Shown: positions 45,073 through 54,673 of the stretch, in pieces
Layout of the letters: each line of letters begins with the position of its first letter
How positions within the stretch are numbered: the stretch's first letter is position 1
Assembly (NCBI GenBank): GCA_965215195.1
Contig: CBDCDC010000002.1
Location: 4,512,001 to 4,576,000 of the forward strand
From: Candidatus Latescibacterota bacterium
GTDB taxonomy: Bacteria > Latescibacterota > UBA2968 > UBA8231
Reading direction: 5' to 3'
Length of the DNA: 64,000 nucleotides
Made by a program: the position numbers and the translations under genes
Notes under the pieces: generated by a model
Told to the model about the DNA's origin: nothing
The model's input: the letters and a program-made list of their open reading frames with translations, nothing else
Databases searched by the model: none

Positions 45073-46800
45073 TCACATCTGCGGCCGCAAGTTCAGCAGC
45101 ACCAAGAGCCAAGTGCGGCTCCAGTACGCGCTGTTGATATAGGGGTTTTTCGCGCTGGGCCAGTTGGTCCAATAGGTCTCGTTGTGCGGGATGCGGTGCG
45201 GCCATTGGACGATGGGGATGGAGGGTAACTCGGCAAGCCAGAGGTCCATGGCCTCTCGATAGATTTCGTCCATCTCCGGGGCGTTGGTCGGAGTCTGGCC
45301 CATTTGGTCGATTAGCGCGTCGTAGGCCGGGTTTTGCCAGCGCCAAGGCATGTCGGCCGGCTCGCCCGTGGGTTGGACAAAGCGGCTGTGGTACTGGCGC
45401 AGCACAAAATAGGGGTCGCGCATGGAGCTGAAGTTGCCGATTAGGTACGCGCGGGCCGTGCCCTGGCGCAGGCGCGTGGAGAAGTCCGAAGTCATGCGGA
45501 AGGAGGCGTTGATGCCGGCCTTTTTGAGCTGGGCGATGAGCACTGGCGTCAGGTCCTGAAAGTGGGAGAAGATGTCGATGACCATGCTCAGGGGCTGCCC
45601 GTCCTTTTCCCAGAAAACCCCGTTGCGGACGTAGCCTTTGCCGGCGAGTATCTCGGCGCTCTTTTGCAAGTCAAAGACGCCCACTTGGTGCTCGGCGACC
45701 AAGTCCTCGGCGAGGGCAAAATACCGCTGCATTTGCGGGAGGTCGGGCAAGGGCAGCAGGGTCCATGCCCCGGAGTTTTGCCAGCCTATGGCCACGAGCT
45801 GCTCGCGGTCAATGGCGTAGTTGACCGCACGGCGCATCTCCGGGTCGGCCCAAGGGGCCTCCAGCCCGTTAAATCCCAGCGATATGGGCCACCAAGTGAT
45901 GTAGCTGTACGGGGGCTCGCGGCCCGTCCAAGTCGTGATGTTGCGATTGCGCTCCAATAGGGAGACCATGTTGGCCGGGCGCAGCTCCAAGCAGGTGTCG
46001 ATGTTGTTGGCGATCAGGTTTTGCACGCGCTTGTGCTCCTCCATGTAGGTCAGGTAGATCAGCCGCTCGACCTCGGGCAGTTCCTGAAAGCCGAGTTTAT
46101 CCGCCCACCAACCCTCGCGCAGATCCCAGATCCGTTGGGCCGGCTCCGAGCGCACTATGCGATAGGGGCCGGTCAGAACCGGCCAGCCTTTTTGCAGGTC
46201 GAAGTTGGAAAAGGTCTGCGGGTCTTGGCCCTCCCAGATGTGCTTGGGCACGATGGGGACGCCTTGGTCGCCGCTGTGGACGAAGTAGCTGAAGAGGAAG
46301 CGCGGGTTGGGTGCCTTGAGCACAACGCGCGCCGTCAGGCTGTCGAGGGCGACCGCCTCTTGGACCCAAGTCGCCATATCCGTCGAGTACACGAGCTGGG
46401 GAGCGTGCTCCACGAGCATGTTGATGGTAAAGGCAAAGTCGTGCGCCGACCAAGGGTGCCCGTCGCTCCACTCGACGCCCGGACGGATTTTGACCACGAG
46501 TTCGGTGTAATCCTCGTTGAACTGGTGGCTCTCGGCGATCCAGGGTATTAGCGCGGAATTTTCCCCGTACGCGTTGAAGAAGTAGAGCGGCTCGTACAGG
46601 AAGTTATATCCGATCCGCGAGATGCTGCCCGGGATGAAGGGGTTGAAGGAGTTGTAATCTTGGATCTGACCGGAGCAGGTATTGGCCTCGGCGCAGTCCA
46701 TGATCAAGGTCCGGTTGCGCGGCACCTTTTTGAACGCACCCTCGTCGCCACTACAGGCGATGAAGGGTACGGTAGCTAAGAGCAGGATATAAATAGGCAT
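45073..46800 (-). CDS. ABC transporter substrate-binding lipoprotein, family 5
   Basis: Lipobox FIAC, LYEPL, IRPGVEWSDG, TGPY, RRAVNYAIDRE. Confidence 0.9.
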   Translation of the reverse strand: MPIYILLLATVPFIACSGDEGAFKKVPRNRTLIMDCAEANTCSGQIQDYNSFNPFIPGSISRIGYNFLYEPLYFFNAYGENSALIPWIAESHQFNEDYTELVVKIRPGVEWSDGHPWSAHDFAFTINMLVEHAPQLVYSTDMATWVQEAVALDSLTARVVLKAPNPRFLFSYFVHSGDQGVPIVPKHIWEGQDPQTFSNFDLQKGWPVLTGPYRIVRSEPAQRIWDLREGWWADKLGFQELPEVERLIYLTYMEEHKRVQNLIANNIDTCLELRPANMVSLLERNRNITTWTGREPPYSYITWWPISLGFNGLEAPWADPEMRRAVNYAIDREQLVAIGWQNSGAWTLLPLPDLPQMQRYFALAEDLVAEHQVGVFDLQKSAEILAGKGYVRNGVFWEKDGQPLSMVIDIFSHFQDLTPVLIAQLKKAGINASFRMTSDFSTRLRQGTARAYLIGNFSSMRDPYFVLRQYHSRFVQPTGEPADMPWRWQNPAYDALIDQMGQTPTNAPEMDEIYREAMDLWLAELPSIPIVQWPHRIPHNETYWTNWPSAKNPYINSAYWSRTWLLVLLNLRPQM

Positions 46801-46803
46801 TGA

Positions 46804-47577
46804 CTACTTTCTTTTGGCCGCTTGCAGGGCGCAAGCACGGCTTTGAGATAGCGCAGCCACCGGGTCGGGAAGTTGGGGGCTGAGCTCAATGCTCGCCGGG
46901 CCGGTGTATGGGCTTTGGGCGAGGGCGGCAAAAGTCGCGGCTAGCACCTCCTCGGTCAGCACGCCCGCTAGCAGGGGCCAGTGCAGGTCGGCCTCCCCGT
47001 CGTTGTCATCTAGATGCACGTACCCGAGCCGGTCTCCGGCCGCGGCGATGACAGGGGCCGGGGCTTCCCCAGACATCTGTAGGTGACCGGTGTCGAGGAG
47101 CAAGTAGAGGTTGGGGTGGTTTAGGCGGGACAGGTACTCCAAGGTCCCGGCCGCCGTGGGCAGCGCCTTGCCCGGGAAGTGCTCCACCCCGACGCGGATC
47201 GCACGCGCAGCCGCGAAGTCCGCCACTTGCCCCAAGGCGTCGCCAAACTGGGGCAGGGCGGCTGGATCGTCCCCGGGAACGACATACGCAGTGCCGGCAC
47301 CGAGGGCGGCCGCGTGGTCGAGGGCCTCCCGGCAGTGGTCGAGGGCGGCTCGTTGGGCGGCGGCTGTTGCGCTGTCGAGGGCCGCGCCGTCTTCCATGTT
47401 AAAACACAGCGCGAGGCAGGAGACCGACAGGCCGAGGTCGTCGATGCGCGTGCGGGCCGCCGGGCCGACAAAGGTCTTGGCCTGCACGTCAATGGAGCGG
47501 AAGCCAATAGCGGCCAGCGCGGCGAGGGCGTCTTCCTCCGAGCCGGTCAAGGCCCAAGCACAACAGGATAGTTCCAC
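46804..47577 (-). CDS. Sugar phosphate isomerase/epimerase (xylose-isomerase-like TIM barrel)
   Basis: VGVEH, LLDTGH, YVHLDDN..DLH, SIEL. Confidence 0.85.
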   Translation of the reverse strand: MELSCCAWALTGSEEDALAALAAIGFRSIDVQAKTFVGPAARTRIDDLGLSVSCLALCFNMEDGAALDSATAAAQRAALDHCREALDHAAALGAGTAYVVPGDDPAALPQFGDALGQVADFAAARAIRVGVEHFPGKALPTAAGTLEYLSRLNHPNLYLLLDTGHLQMSGEAPAPVIAAAGDRLGYVHLDDNDGEADLHWPLLAGVLTEEVLAATFAALAQSPYTGPASIELSPQLPDPVAALSQSRACALQAAKRK

Positions 47578-47594
47578 GATCGTTCCTTAATTTT

Positions 47595-48404
47595 TTAGCA
47601 AGCGGGCAGCACGCCGTAGCAGACGCGGCGGCTCTCCTCGACTTTGGCGAAACCGAGGCGGGCGAGCGCGTGGCCGGGCCGGCGGTCCTTCATCACCACT
47701 CGGCGGCGGGCGACGCGGCGGGCTTGGCGCAGGTCGGCAGGAGAAGGACCGCCCGCCTCGGCCAAGCAGCGGACCAAATCCAGTCCCGCGGAGTCGGCAA
47801 TGGTCTCGGTGAACATGGGGTCGAAGTAAACGACATCCCAAGCATTGTCGGCTTCGCAGCGCAGATAGTCGGCAAAGTCGGCGCAGCAGACCTCAACGCG
47901 GCGCATGGCTGGGACGAGGTCGGGAGGGTCGTCGAGCATACAGGAGGCCATGCCGCGCTCGACCAGCAGGGCCAACAGGGGCGAGGCTTCGAGGGCGCGG
48001 ACGCGGCCAGCCGGGCCGACCACACAAGAGGCGACAATGGCGTCGGCACCCAGCCCGCAGGTGCAGTCGAGGACGCGGTCGCCTAATTTGAGCTGTAAGG
48101 CGTCAACCAAGACGTCGTGCTTGCCTTGTTCCAAGGCGAGTATCCGCAATTTGGCCATATTGGGATGGTGGTGCAAGCTCTGTCCGGCGACCCACAAGGC
48201 AAGGTCTGTGCGCTCGACGATGATCAGGCCGTTGAGTGCCTCGGCGGCGGCGATTCCAGCGAGTGAGCGGTGGGCGCGGGGTACGTAGCGGTAGCCGGTT
48301 GTGGTCGCGATGCCGCGTGCGGTCGCACACTCTTGGGGCCGGGGGTGCGCGGCGGTGGTTACGGCAAAGGAGAGGTCGCGTCGCTCTGTGGTCGTTTTTT
48401 CCAG
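47595..48404 (-). CDS. Class I SAM-dependent methyltransferase (RsmJ-like); start codon uncertain
   Basis: HHPNMA, VLDCTCGLGADA, WDVVYFDPMF; frame stays open to a CTG at 48404. Confidence 0.75.
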   Translation of the reverse strand: MEKTTTERRDLSFAVTTAAHPRPQECATARGIATTTGYRYVPRAHRSLAGIAAAEALNGLIIVERTDLALWVAGQSLHHHPNMAKLRILALEQGKHDVLVDALQLKLGDRVLDCTCGLGADAIVASCVVGPAGRVRALEASPLLALLVERGMASCMLDDPPDLVPAMRRVEVCCADFADYLRCEADNAWDVVYFDPMFTETIADSAGLDLVRCLAEAGGPSPADLRQARRVARRRVVMKDRRPGHALARLGFAKVEESRRVCYGVLPAC

Positions 48405-48498
48405 ATGAAAAATAGTAAACTCGTCCCTATAACGCCTTCGCAGGGGCAGACCGATGTGTCTGTCCTAATACTAACCAATAATCCCAATGGAGCGATAG

Positions 48499-49089
48499 AT
48501 GGACGCTGAGCGCCTTGAAGCCCAACTCGGTTTTGCCCTCGAAGCCGAAAAGCTCAAACAGGTCTTTCGCCAGACCCTGTTGCTGGGCGACCGCCGGCGG
48601 GAAAACGACGCCGAACACTCGTGGCACCTGAGCCTGATGGCCGTTCTGCTGGTCGAGTACGCAGCGGCGGAAGTCGATCTGCTGAAGGTGATCGAGATGC
48701 TGTTGATCCACGATGTGGTGGAAATCGACGCGGGCGACACCTTCGTCTATGACGTGGCGGGCAACGAGGACAAGGCACAACGCGAGCAGCAAGCAGCGGA
48801 CCGGCTGTTCGGCCTGTTGCCGGCCGATCAGGCCCAAGCCTATCGTGCGTTGTGGGACGAGTTTGAGCAGCGACAGAGCGCGGAAGCGCGCTATGCGGCG
48901 GCGCTCGACCGGCTACAGCCGCTATTGCTCAACTTTTACAGCGACGGAGCGGCGTGGCAGCGGCATGGGATCAAAAAGGCGCAGGTGATCGCGCACAACG
49001 AGCATATCGGGGAAGGGGCGCCGGTGTTGTGGGAATTGGCGCGGAAGTTAATCGACGCAGCCGTGGCAAAGGGGATTTTGGCTGAATAG
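48499..49089 (+). CDS. HD-domain protein
   Basis: RENDAEHSWH, LIHDVVEIDAGDT, LWDEFE, ALDRLQP. Confidence 0.9.
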   Translation: MDAERLEAQLGFALEAEKLKQVFRQTLLLGDRRRENDAEHSWHLSLMAVLLVEYAAAEVDLLKVIEMLLIHDVVEIDAGDTFVYDVAGNEDKAQREQQAADRLFGLLPADQAQAYRALWDEFEQRQSAEARYAAALDRLQPLLLNFYSDGAAWQRHGIKKAQVIAHNEHIGEGAPVLWELARKLIDAAVAKGILAE

Positions 49090-49090
49090 C

Positions 49091-50389
49091 TCAGGCCGGG
49101 ACGAAGCGCTCTAGCCGCCAGCGCTTGGCCCAAGTCTTTTCCAAGCGCACGCACAAGCAGACGTCGTTGCCCGTGTAGGTCTCTGCGAGAACCTCGCCCT
49201 GCTGGTGTAAATGGGCCAGGAGCCGGCCTTCGGCTTGGGGGACCTGAAGCTCTAAGGTGATATCCCCAGCGACGCTGTACGCACGGATTTTGTCGCGCAG
49301 CGCGTCGAGGTTGATGCCTTGGCTGGCCGAGACGGCGATGGCGTGTTCGCGGGCCGCGTACGCGGCCACGATCCGCTCTTCTTCGCCCGGGGCCACTTGG
49401 TCAATTTTGTTGTACACCATCAGGGTGGGGCTGTCTGCAAGCCCGAGGCTGCACAGGACTTGCTCGACTGTGGCGATCTGCGACTCGTAGTGCGGAAAGC
49501 TCAAGTCGATCACGTGCAGCAGCAAGTCGGCCTCTACGGCCTCTTCGAGCGTGGCGCGGAAAGAGGCAAACAGGTGGTGGGGCAGGCGGTTGATGAAGCC
49601 AACCGTGTCGGTCAGTAGGACCTTGTGGTTGCGGTCGAGGGCAACGGCGCGAGTGGTCGAATCCAAGGTGGCAAAAAGCTGGTCCTCCACTAGGACCTCC
49701 GCGCCGGAAAGCACCCTCATCAGGGTCGATTTGCCGGCGTTGGTATAACCCACGAGGGCCACCTTAAAAACATCGGCGCGATTTTTGCGGTTAGTCGCCA
49801 TCTGTACGCCAATTTTGTCGAGCTTGGCCTCTAGGGAGTTGATCTGACGGCGAATCAGGCGGCGGTCGATTTCTAACTGGGTTTCGCCCGGGCCGCGGAC
49901 AGCGGCGGCCCCCATGCCGCGGATGGCCCCGCCGCCGGCTTGGCGCGAGAGGTGGGTCCAGTAGCGAGTCAGGCGCGGCAGGAGGTAGTTGAGCTGGGCT
50001 AGCTCGACTTGGAGCTGGGCCGTGTGGGTGCGAGCGTGGCGTGCGAAGATGTCCAAGATCACGGCGCTGCGGTCGAGAACGCGGTGCTTGGTGACGCCCT
50101 CCAAGTTGCGCATCTGGGCCGACGAGAGGTCGTTGTCAAAGACGATTACGTCGGCTTGGCACTCGGCTGCGAGCTGCTTGAGGGCGGCGGCTTTGCCCTT
50201 GCCGACGTAGTGGGCCGGGTCAATGCGGTCGCGCCTTTGGAGCTGGCGTGCGGCTTCGACGAGGCCAGCGGTGGCGACTAAGCGACCGAGTTCGTCGAGG
50301 GAGTGTTCGGCCTCCCAAGCCGGCATCTGGGGCAGGGCGACGCCAACGAGGATGGCGCGTTCTTGGCTTAGTGTGCGATTTCCTTCCAT
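49091..50389 (-). CDS. hflX: GTPase HflX
   Basis: QVELAQL.YLLPRL, RGPGETQLEIDRR, VGYTNAGKST, LFATLD, TDTVGFI, NKID. Confidence 0.96.
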   Translation of the reverse strand: MEGNRTLSQERAILVGVALPQMPAWEAEHSLDELGRLVATAGLVEAARQLQRRDRIDPAHYVGKGKAAALKQLAAECQADVIVFDNDLSSAQMRNLEGVTKHRVLDRSAVILDIFARHARTHTAQLQVELAQLNYLLPRLTRYWTHLSRQAGGGAIRGMGAAAVRGPGETQLEIDRRLIRRQINSLEAKLDKIGVQMATNRKNRADVFKVALVGYTNAGKSTLMRVLSGAEVLVEDQLFATLDSTTRAVALDRNHKVLLTDTVGFINRLPHHLFASFRATLEEAVEADLLLHVIDLSFPHYESQIATVEQVLCSLGLADSPTLMVYNKIDQVAPGEEERIVAAYAAREHAIAVSASQGINLDALRDKIRAYSVAGDITLELQVPQAEGRLLAHLHQQGEVLAETYTGNDVCLCVRLEKTWAKRWRLERFVPA

Positions 50390-50498
50390 GCGGGCTTCTT
50401 TGGACTTCACAGTGCAGCGCATCAAACACAAACACAGCGCATTACTTTGTCAATAGCAAAGGGCGAGTCTGCGCTTTCAATGCGCTGGCGAGCTGTTG

Positions 50499-50543
50499 CG
50501 ACAAAAAAGTCGACGTTTGGAAGGAGCATTGACGATTTTGTCG
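50499..50543. promoter_or_regulatory. Pair of imperfect palindromes, candidate enhancer sites for a sigma54 activator
   Basis: CGACAAAAAAGTCG (50499-50512) and TGACGATTTTGTCG (50530-50543), 31 bp apart, upstream of the sigma54 box. Confidence 0.5.
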
Positions 50544-50620
50544 TTATTACGGCAAATAGAGTGCCGCCGCATGTTTCTAACTCGTCATTTAACATTGACT
50601 TTTGCAAAAAATAAAACCTG

Positions 50621-50636
50621 TGGCACTAGCTTTGCT
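50621..50636 (+). promoter_or_regulatory. Sigma54 (-24/-12) promoter
   Basis: TGGCAC-TAGCT-TTGCT with correct GG to GC spacing; A/T tracts immediately upstream. Confidence 0.75.
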
Positions 50637-50646
50637 TACTACCGAA

Positions 50647-50745
50647 AGACCTTACTCTGCCTTGCACACAGCCTATTCGCGTTCCCAATAACACAACCTG
50701 CCCACTCGGCCCTGTGGACTCGCCCCTGAGTCTGCGGGGCACAAT
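50647..50745 (+). ncRNA. Candidate sigma54-dependent sRNA or structured leader
   Basis: C-rich non-coding stretch ending in a 13-bp hairpin (50709-50740) with plus-strand G-U pairs and a GCCCCU loop. Confidence 0.35.
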
Positions 50746-50945
50746 CATCTCTACGCCTTGGGGAAACAGTGCTGATCATAGCCCGAATTTTAATTGCCGA
50801 TGGCGACGCACTCTCTCGTGGTTACATCCATATACTGGACAGCTTCGTCGATGGTCTAGGCAAAAATAGGTCGGAGGTGTGTGCAGAGATCTAAGGTGCG
50901 AACTGACCGCGCAGTGCTACTGACAGAGGAGAAAAGGGACTGAGC

Positions 50946-52169
50946 ATGGGCAAACACAGCGGCGGCAATGCCCACGAGGGCCTGCTGCGCAGCTTGCGGC
51001 TCGCGGTTTGGCGGCACAGAGAACCAGAGGGCGAATTCGTGGTCCTATCGCAGATTCGCCAGACCTTGGACCACGCCGGGATCGCCTACGACGGTTGCCG
51101 ATTGTACCGGGTGCAAGTCGCCAACGGCGAGTGCAAGATGCGCGTCCATCCCCTGACGCCCGACGGGCACTGGTCCCCGCTAACGGAAGGGCAGCAGTGG
51201 GTGCTGGCGGCGTGGAAATCAGCCGCGACCTCCTATCGAGCGCCGAGCCGCCGCGGGGAATGCCACTGGCTGGCCCGGCAGATGCGTTGCCATGTCAAAG
51301 CCATACTCGAAACGACCTTTGACCAAGGCGTCCTAGCGGTTTATCGCAAAGAGGCCATCGCCTGTAGCAACGCGGACGTGGGCTTGTTCAAGGGCTTGAG
51401 CGAGGTCCTCAGCGGGCTGTACTACCGACGAGAAGACCTGTCGCAATTGCAGGCCAAAGAAGCGCAGCTACGCCAAGCGCAGAAGTTGCAAGTGATGGGG
51501 CAATTGACGGCCGAGTTTGCAGGCGAAATCAACAAACACTTAGAGGTGATCATCGGCGAGACCCGCCGGCTGCTCAAAGAGAACTTAGCGCCCGCCATCG
51601 GCGATGGCGTACAAGCCGTGTACGAGGCCGGCCTCCAAGCGCGCAGCACCAGCGAGCGGCTGTTGGCGTGTGTGCGCCGGCAGCCGGCGCAAAAGGAATG
51701 GGTCAACTTCACCCGCCTCGTGCAGGAGACGGTCCTGCTGATGCGCCGGACGCTCCTGCAAGACCAGATCGAAATCGCCGAGGACCTAGCCCCGAACCTG
51801 CCCTACATCAAGGCTCATGCCGGCCAGCTCCAACAGGTCGTCCTCAACCTCATCCAAAATAGCCGCGACGCCATAAAGCAGGCGCGAGGCGCGGGGCGGA
51901 TCGCGCTGCGGCTATCGACCCGCCAAGGCTGGATCGTGCTGGCGATCGAGGATAATGGGCCGGGCATTCCCGAGAAAATCCGCGCCGATATTTTCGCGCC
52001 GTTCTTCACGACCAAGGCGTCGAGCCAGCACAGCGGATTGGGGTTGAGCATATGCGCCGGCATTGCCCGCGACCACCACGGCCGCCTACTCGTCGAAGAC
52101 TGCGCCCAAGGGGCCTGCGTGGCCTTGGAACTGCCCATCAATCCGCAGGCCTCATTAGTAGATAACTGA
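50946..52169 (+). CDS. Sensor histidine kinase-like protein with degenerate H-box
   Basis: LRQAQKL..MGQL, LQQVVLNLIQN, IEDNGPGI, IFAPFFTTK, GLGLSI; H-box reads FAGEINKHL. Confidence 0.85.
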   Translation: MGKHSGGNAHEGLLRSLRLAVWRHREPEGEFVVLSQIRQTLDHAGIAYDGCRLYRVQVANGECKMRVHPLTPDGHWSPLTEGQQWVLAAWKSAATSYRAPSRRGECHWLARQMRCHVKAILETTFDQGVLAVYRKEAIACSNADVGLFKGLSEVLSGLYYRREDLSQLQAKEAQLRQAQKLQVMGQLTAEFAGEINKHLEVIIGETRRLLKENLAPAIGDGVQAVYEAGLQARSTSERLLACVRRQPAQKEWVNFTRLVQETVLLMRRTLLQDQIEIAEDLAPNLPYIKAHAGQLQQVVLNLIQNSRDAIKQARGAGRIALRLSTRQGWIVLAIEDNGPGIPEKIRADIFAPFFTTKASSQHSGLGLSICAGIARDHHGRLLVEDCAQGACVALELPINPQASLVDN

Positions 52170-52225
52170 CCTTGTTGCCACAGACGCGCTCCTATATGTT
52201 CAGGCCCGCAGCGCACAACGCGGAG

Positions 52226-52720
52226 ATGAAGCGCATGGTCATCGTACTAATGGGCGTAACGGGTAGCGGTAAGACGACGGTGGGCGAGCAACTCGCCCAC
52301 CAGCTCGGATGGGCTTATTACGACGCGGACGATTTCCACCCGCAAGCCAACGTGCGCAAAATGGCCAGCGGTACGCCGCTTACCGACGAGGACCGCTGGC
52401 CCTGGCTGGAGATCCTCTCTGCGGCCATCGGCCAGTGGCTTGGTGCCGAGCAAGGGGCGATACTCGGCTGCTCCGCGCTCAAACAGCGCTACCGCGACAT
52501 CTTGGTCCGCGGGCGGCCCAACGTGCAGATCGTCCATCTCCAAGGCCCGAAGGCCCTCATCGCCCAGCGGCTCGCGACGCGGCAGCATCGCTACATGCCG
52601 GCCAGCCTGCTCGACAGCCAGTTTGCAACCCTCGAAGAGCCGCGCGACGCCCTGAGCGTGGACATCGGCCCGCCGCCCGCCGCCATTGCCGCGACCATCC
52701 GCACGGCCTTGCAACTTTGA
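52226..52720 (+). CDS. gntK: Gluconokinase
   Basis: MGVTGSGKTT, DADDFHP, PLTDEDRWPWL, CSALK, LLDSQFATLEEP. Confidence 0.92.
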   Translation: MKRMVIVLMGVTGSGKTTVGEQLAHQLGWAYYDADDFHPQANVRKMASGTPLTDEDRWPWLEILSAAIGQWLGAEQGAILGCSALKQRYRDILVRGRPNVQIVHLQGPKALIAQRLATRQHRYMPASLLDSQFATLEEPRDALSVDIGPPPAAIAATIRTALQL

Positions 52721-52727
52721 GACAGCG

Positions 52728-54416
52728 TCATCCCAAGTACACAAACAAGTACACCGCCAAGAAAATCGCCACCAACAGCACGCTGCTACTGATGGGCCAC
52801 GCCCGCGCAAAGACGCCGGTCGGGCCGTGGTACTGGCGCACCTGTTCCACTAGCGAGAAGACCAGTCGCTTGCCCCAAGCGATCAGTCCATCCCGCAGCG
52901 GCGCACCCACCTGTACGCACAGCCGCACTGCGCTTGGCAGCAGCTTGCGATAGGTCCAGTCCACGTCGATATTGGCCGATCGCAGCTCCGGCGGGTACAG
53001 GCCCGTCAGCTTGAGCGCGACAAAGGCCAGCGCCGAAAAGAACAAAAGCTGGAGTTGTAAGACGATGTGGGTCGCATCATACGGATCGTACTCAACTGGA
53101 TAGGGCAGGAGCTTGTACAGATAGTGCGGGAACAAGCCAATGCCTATGCACAGGGCCGCCCCAATCCCCATTGCCAAGAGCATGTTGCGCGGTGCTTCGC
53201 GGCAGCGGATCCCGGCGTCGTGGGCGAAGAAGGCAAAGAAGGGAATTTTGATGCCGGCGTGGTGGAAGACGCCGGCCGAGGCAAACAGCAGCAGCAGCCA
53301 CACCGCGAGGTGGCCCTCGTTGGTTGCGGCCTGCATGACCATGGACTTGCTGACAAAGCCGCTAAAGAGCGGGAAGGCCGAAATCGACGCGGCCCCGACC
53401 ATGCAGCAGCCGCAGGTCCAAGGCATGGATTTGTACAGGCCCCCGAGATCTGAGCCGTTGATTCGGCCGGTGCGGTAGAGCACGGCCCCCATCGACATGA
53501 ACAGGAGGGACTTGTAGAGGATATGGGCAAAGGCGTGGGCCACTGCGCCGTTGACGCCCATGCCCGGTCCCAAGCCGACGCCAACGACCATAAAGCCGAT
53601 CTGGTTGATCAGGCTGTAGCTCAACACGCGGCGCAGGTCGTTTTCAATGACTGCGTAGAAGATGGGAAACATCGCCATGGCTGCGCCGATGTAGAGCAGG
53701 CATTCGGTGCCGGCAAAGCTACGCGCCAACACATAGACGGCGGTCTTGGTGCTAAAGGAGCTCAAAAAGACCGCGCCGGTAGGCGTGGACTCTGGGTAGG
53801 CATCCACCAGCCACGAGTGCAGGAGTGGGAAGGCGCATTTAATGCCAACGCCGAGGAAAATGAGCCGCGTGGCCCAGCTATCAATGCCCAGATGACCCAG
53901 CGCCAGCGAGCCGGTCTGCTGGTAGTGCCACGCCGCGCCGACCAAGAGCAGCAAGCCGGAGCTGATGTGGATCAGCAGGTAGCGCGTGCCCGCGGCAATG
54001 GCCCTTTCGCTTTGGCTGGCCCAGATCTGGAAGACCGAGGTAATCGCCAACAGCTCCCAAAAGATGAAGAGCGCGATGAGATCGCCGGCAAAGACCGCGC
54101 CCACGGCTGCGCCCGCGTACAGGAAGCCGGTCGCCTGTTGCAGGCGGTCGCGCAGGTGCAGGGAGAACAGCGCGGCGAGGAAGGCGGCCATGTGAAAGAG
54201 ATAGCCAAAGAGCAGGCTGAGTTGGTCGACGCGCACCCAGTGCAGCTCGTATCCGGCTAGGGCGCCGACTTGGCTGTCGCCTAGCTGGTAGCCGAGGAGA
54301 TTGTAAAATCCAGCCAGCGGCAAGAGGACCAGTGCCACCCGCCGCGCGGCCAGCGGCAAGACGGGCAACAGCAGCCCGCCGAACAGCAGGAAGGCCGCTG
54401 GGTGAAGGCTAGTCAT
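52728..54416 (-). CDS. mrpD: Mrp Na+/H+ antiporter subunit D-like (third copy)
   Basis: FIFWE, PLLHSWLVDAYP, RVLSYS..NQIG, PLFSGFVSK. Confidence 0.88.
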   Translation of the reverse strand: MTSLHPAAFLLFGGLLLPVLPLAARRVALVLLPLAGFYNLLGYQLGDSQVGALAGYELHWVRVDQLSLLFGYLFHMAAFLAALFSLHLRDRLQQATGFLYAGAAVGAVFAGDLIALFIFWELLAITSVFQIWASQSERAIAAGTRYLLIHISSGLLLLVGAAWHYQQTGSLALGHLGIDSWATRLIFLGVGIKCAFPLLHSWLVDAYPESTPTGAVFLSSFSTKTAVYVLARSFAGTECLLYIGAAMAMFPIFYAVIENDLRRVLSYSLINQIGFMVVGVGLGPGMGVNGAVAHAFAHILYKSLLFMSMGAVLYRTGRINGSDLGGLYKSMPWTCGCCMVGAASISAFPLFSGFVSKSMVMQAATNEGHLAVWLLLLFASAGVFHHAGIKIPFFAFFAHDAGIRCREAPRNMLLAMGIGAALCIGIGLFPHYLYKLLPYPVEYDPYDATHIVLQLQLLFFSALAFVALKLTGLYPPELRSANIDVDWTYRKLLPSAVRLCVQVGAPLRDGLIAWGKRLVFSLVEQVRQYHGPTGVFARAWPISSSVLLVAIFLAVYLFVYLG

Positions 54417-54669
54417 AGTAATCCTCGCGGCGCATCAGCACCTTGCGCAGTTGGGTGGCCGTCAAGACCAAGAGGACGCAGGCGACAAACCCGTATATCG
54501 CGTAAAAGCCGAACCAGCCCTCGACCGGGAAGACGCCCTCGGCAAAGCTCAAGTGCCGGTGGACGAGCCGGTCCAAGCCCAAGAGCACGGCGCAGAGAGC
54601 AAAGAAGATCCATAGCAGGCGGTGGACGTTCCGCGGCTGATCGAATAGATGCTTTTTCTTTGCGGCCAT
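54409..54669 (-). CDS. Small membrane protein in the Mrp operon
   Basis: GFYAIYGFVACVLLV..LMRREDYYD; translationally coupled. Confidence 0.75.
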   Translation of the reverse strand: MAAKKKHLFDQPRNVHRLLWIFFALCAVLLGLDRLVHRHLSFAEGVFPVEGWFGFYAIYGFVACVLLVLTATQLRKVLMRREDYYD

Positions 54670-54673
54670 GGCT

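Noticed and set aside
50496-50729. 77-aa ORF over the sigma54 region
   Set aside because: TTG start, atypical composition, and it overlaps well-formed promoter elements
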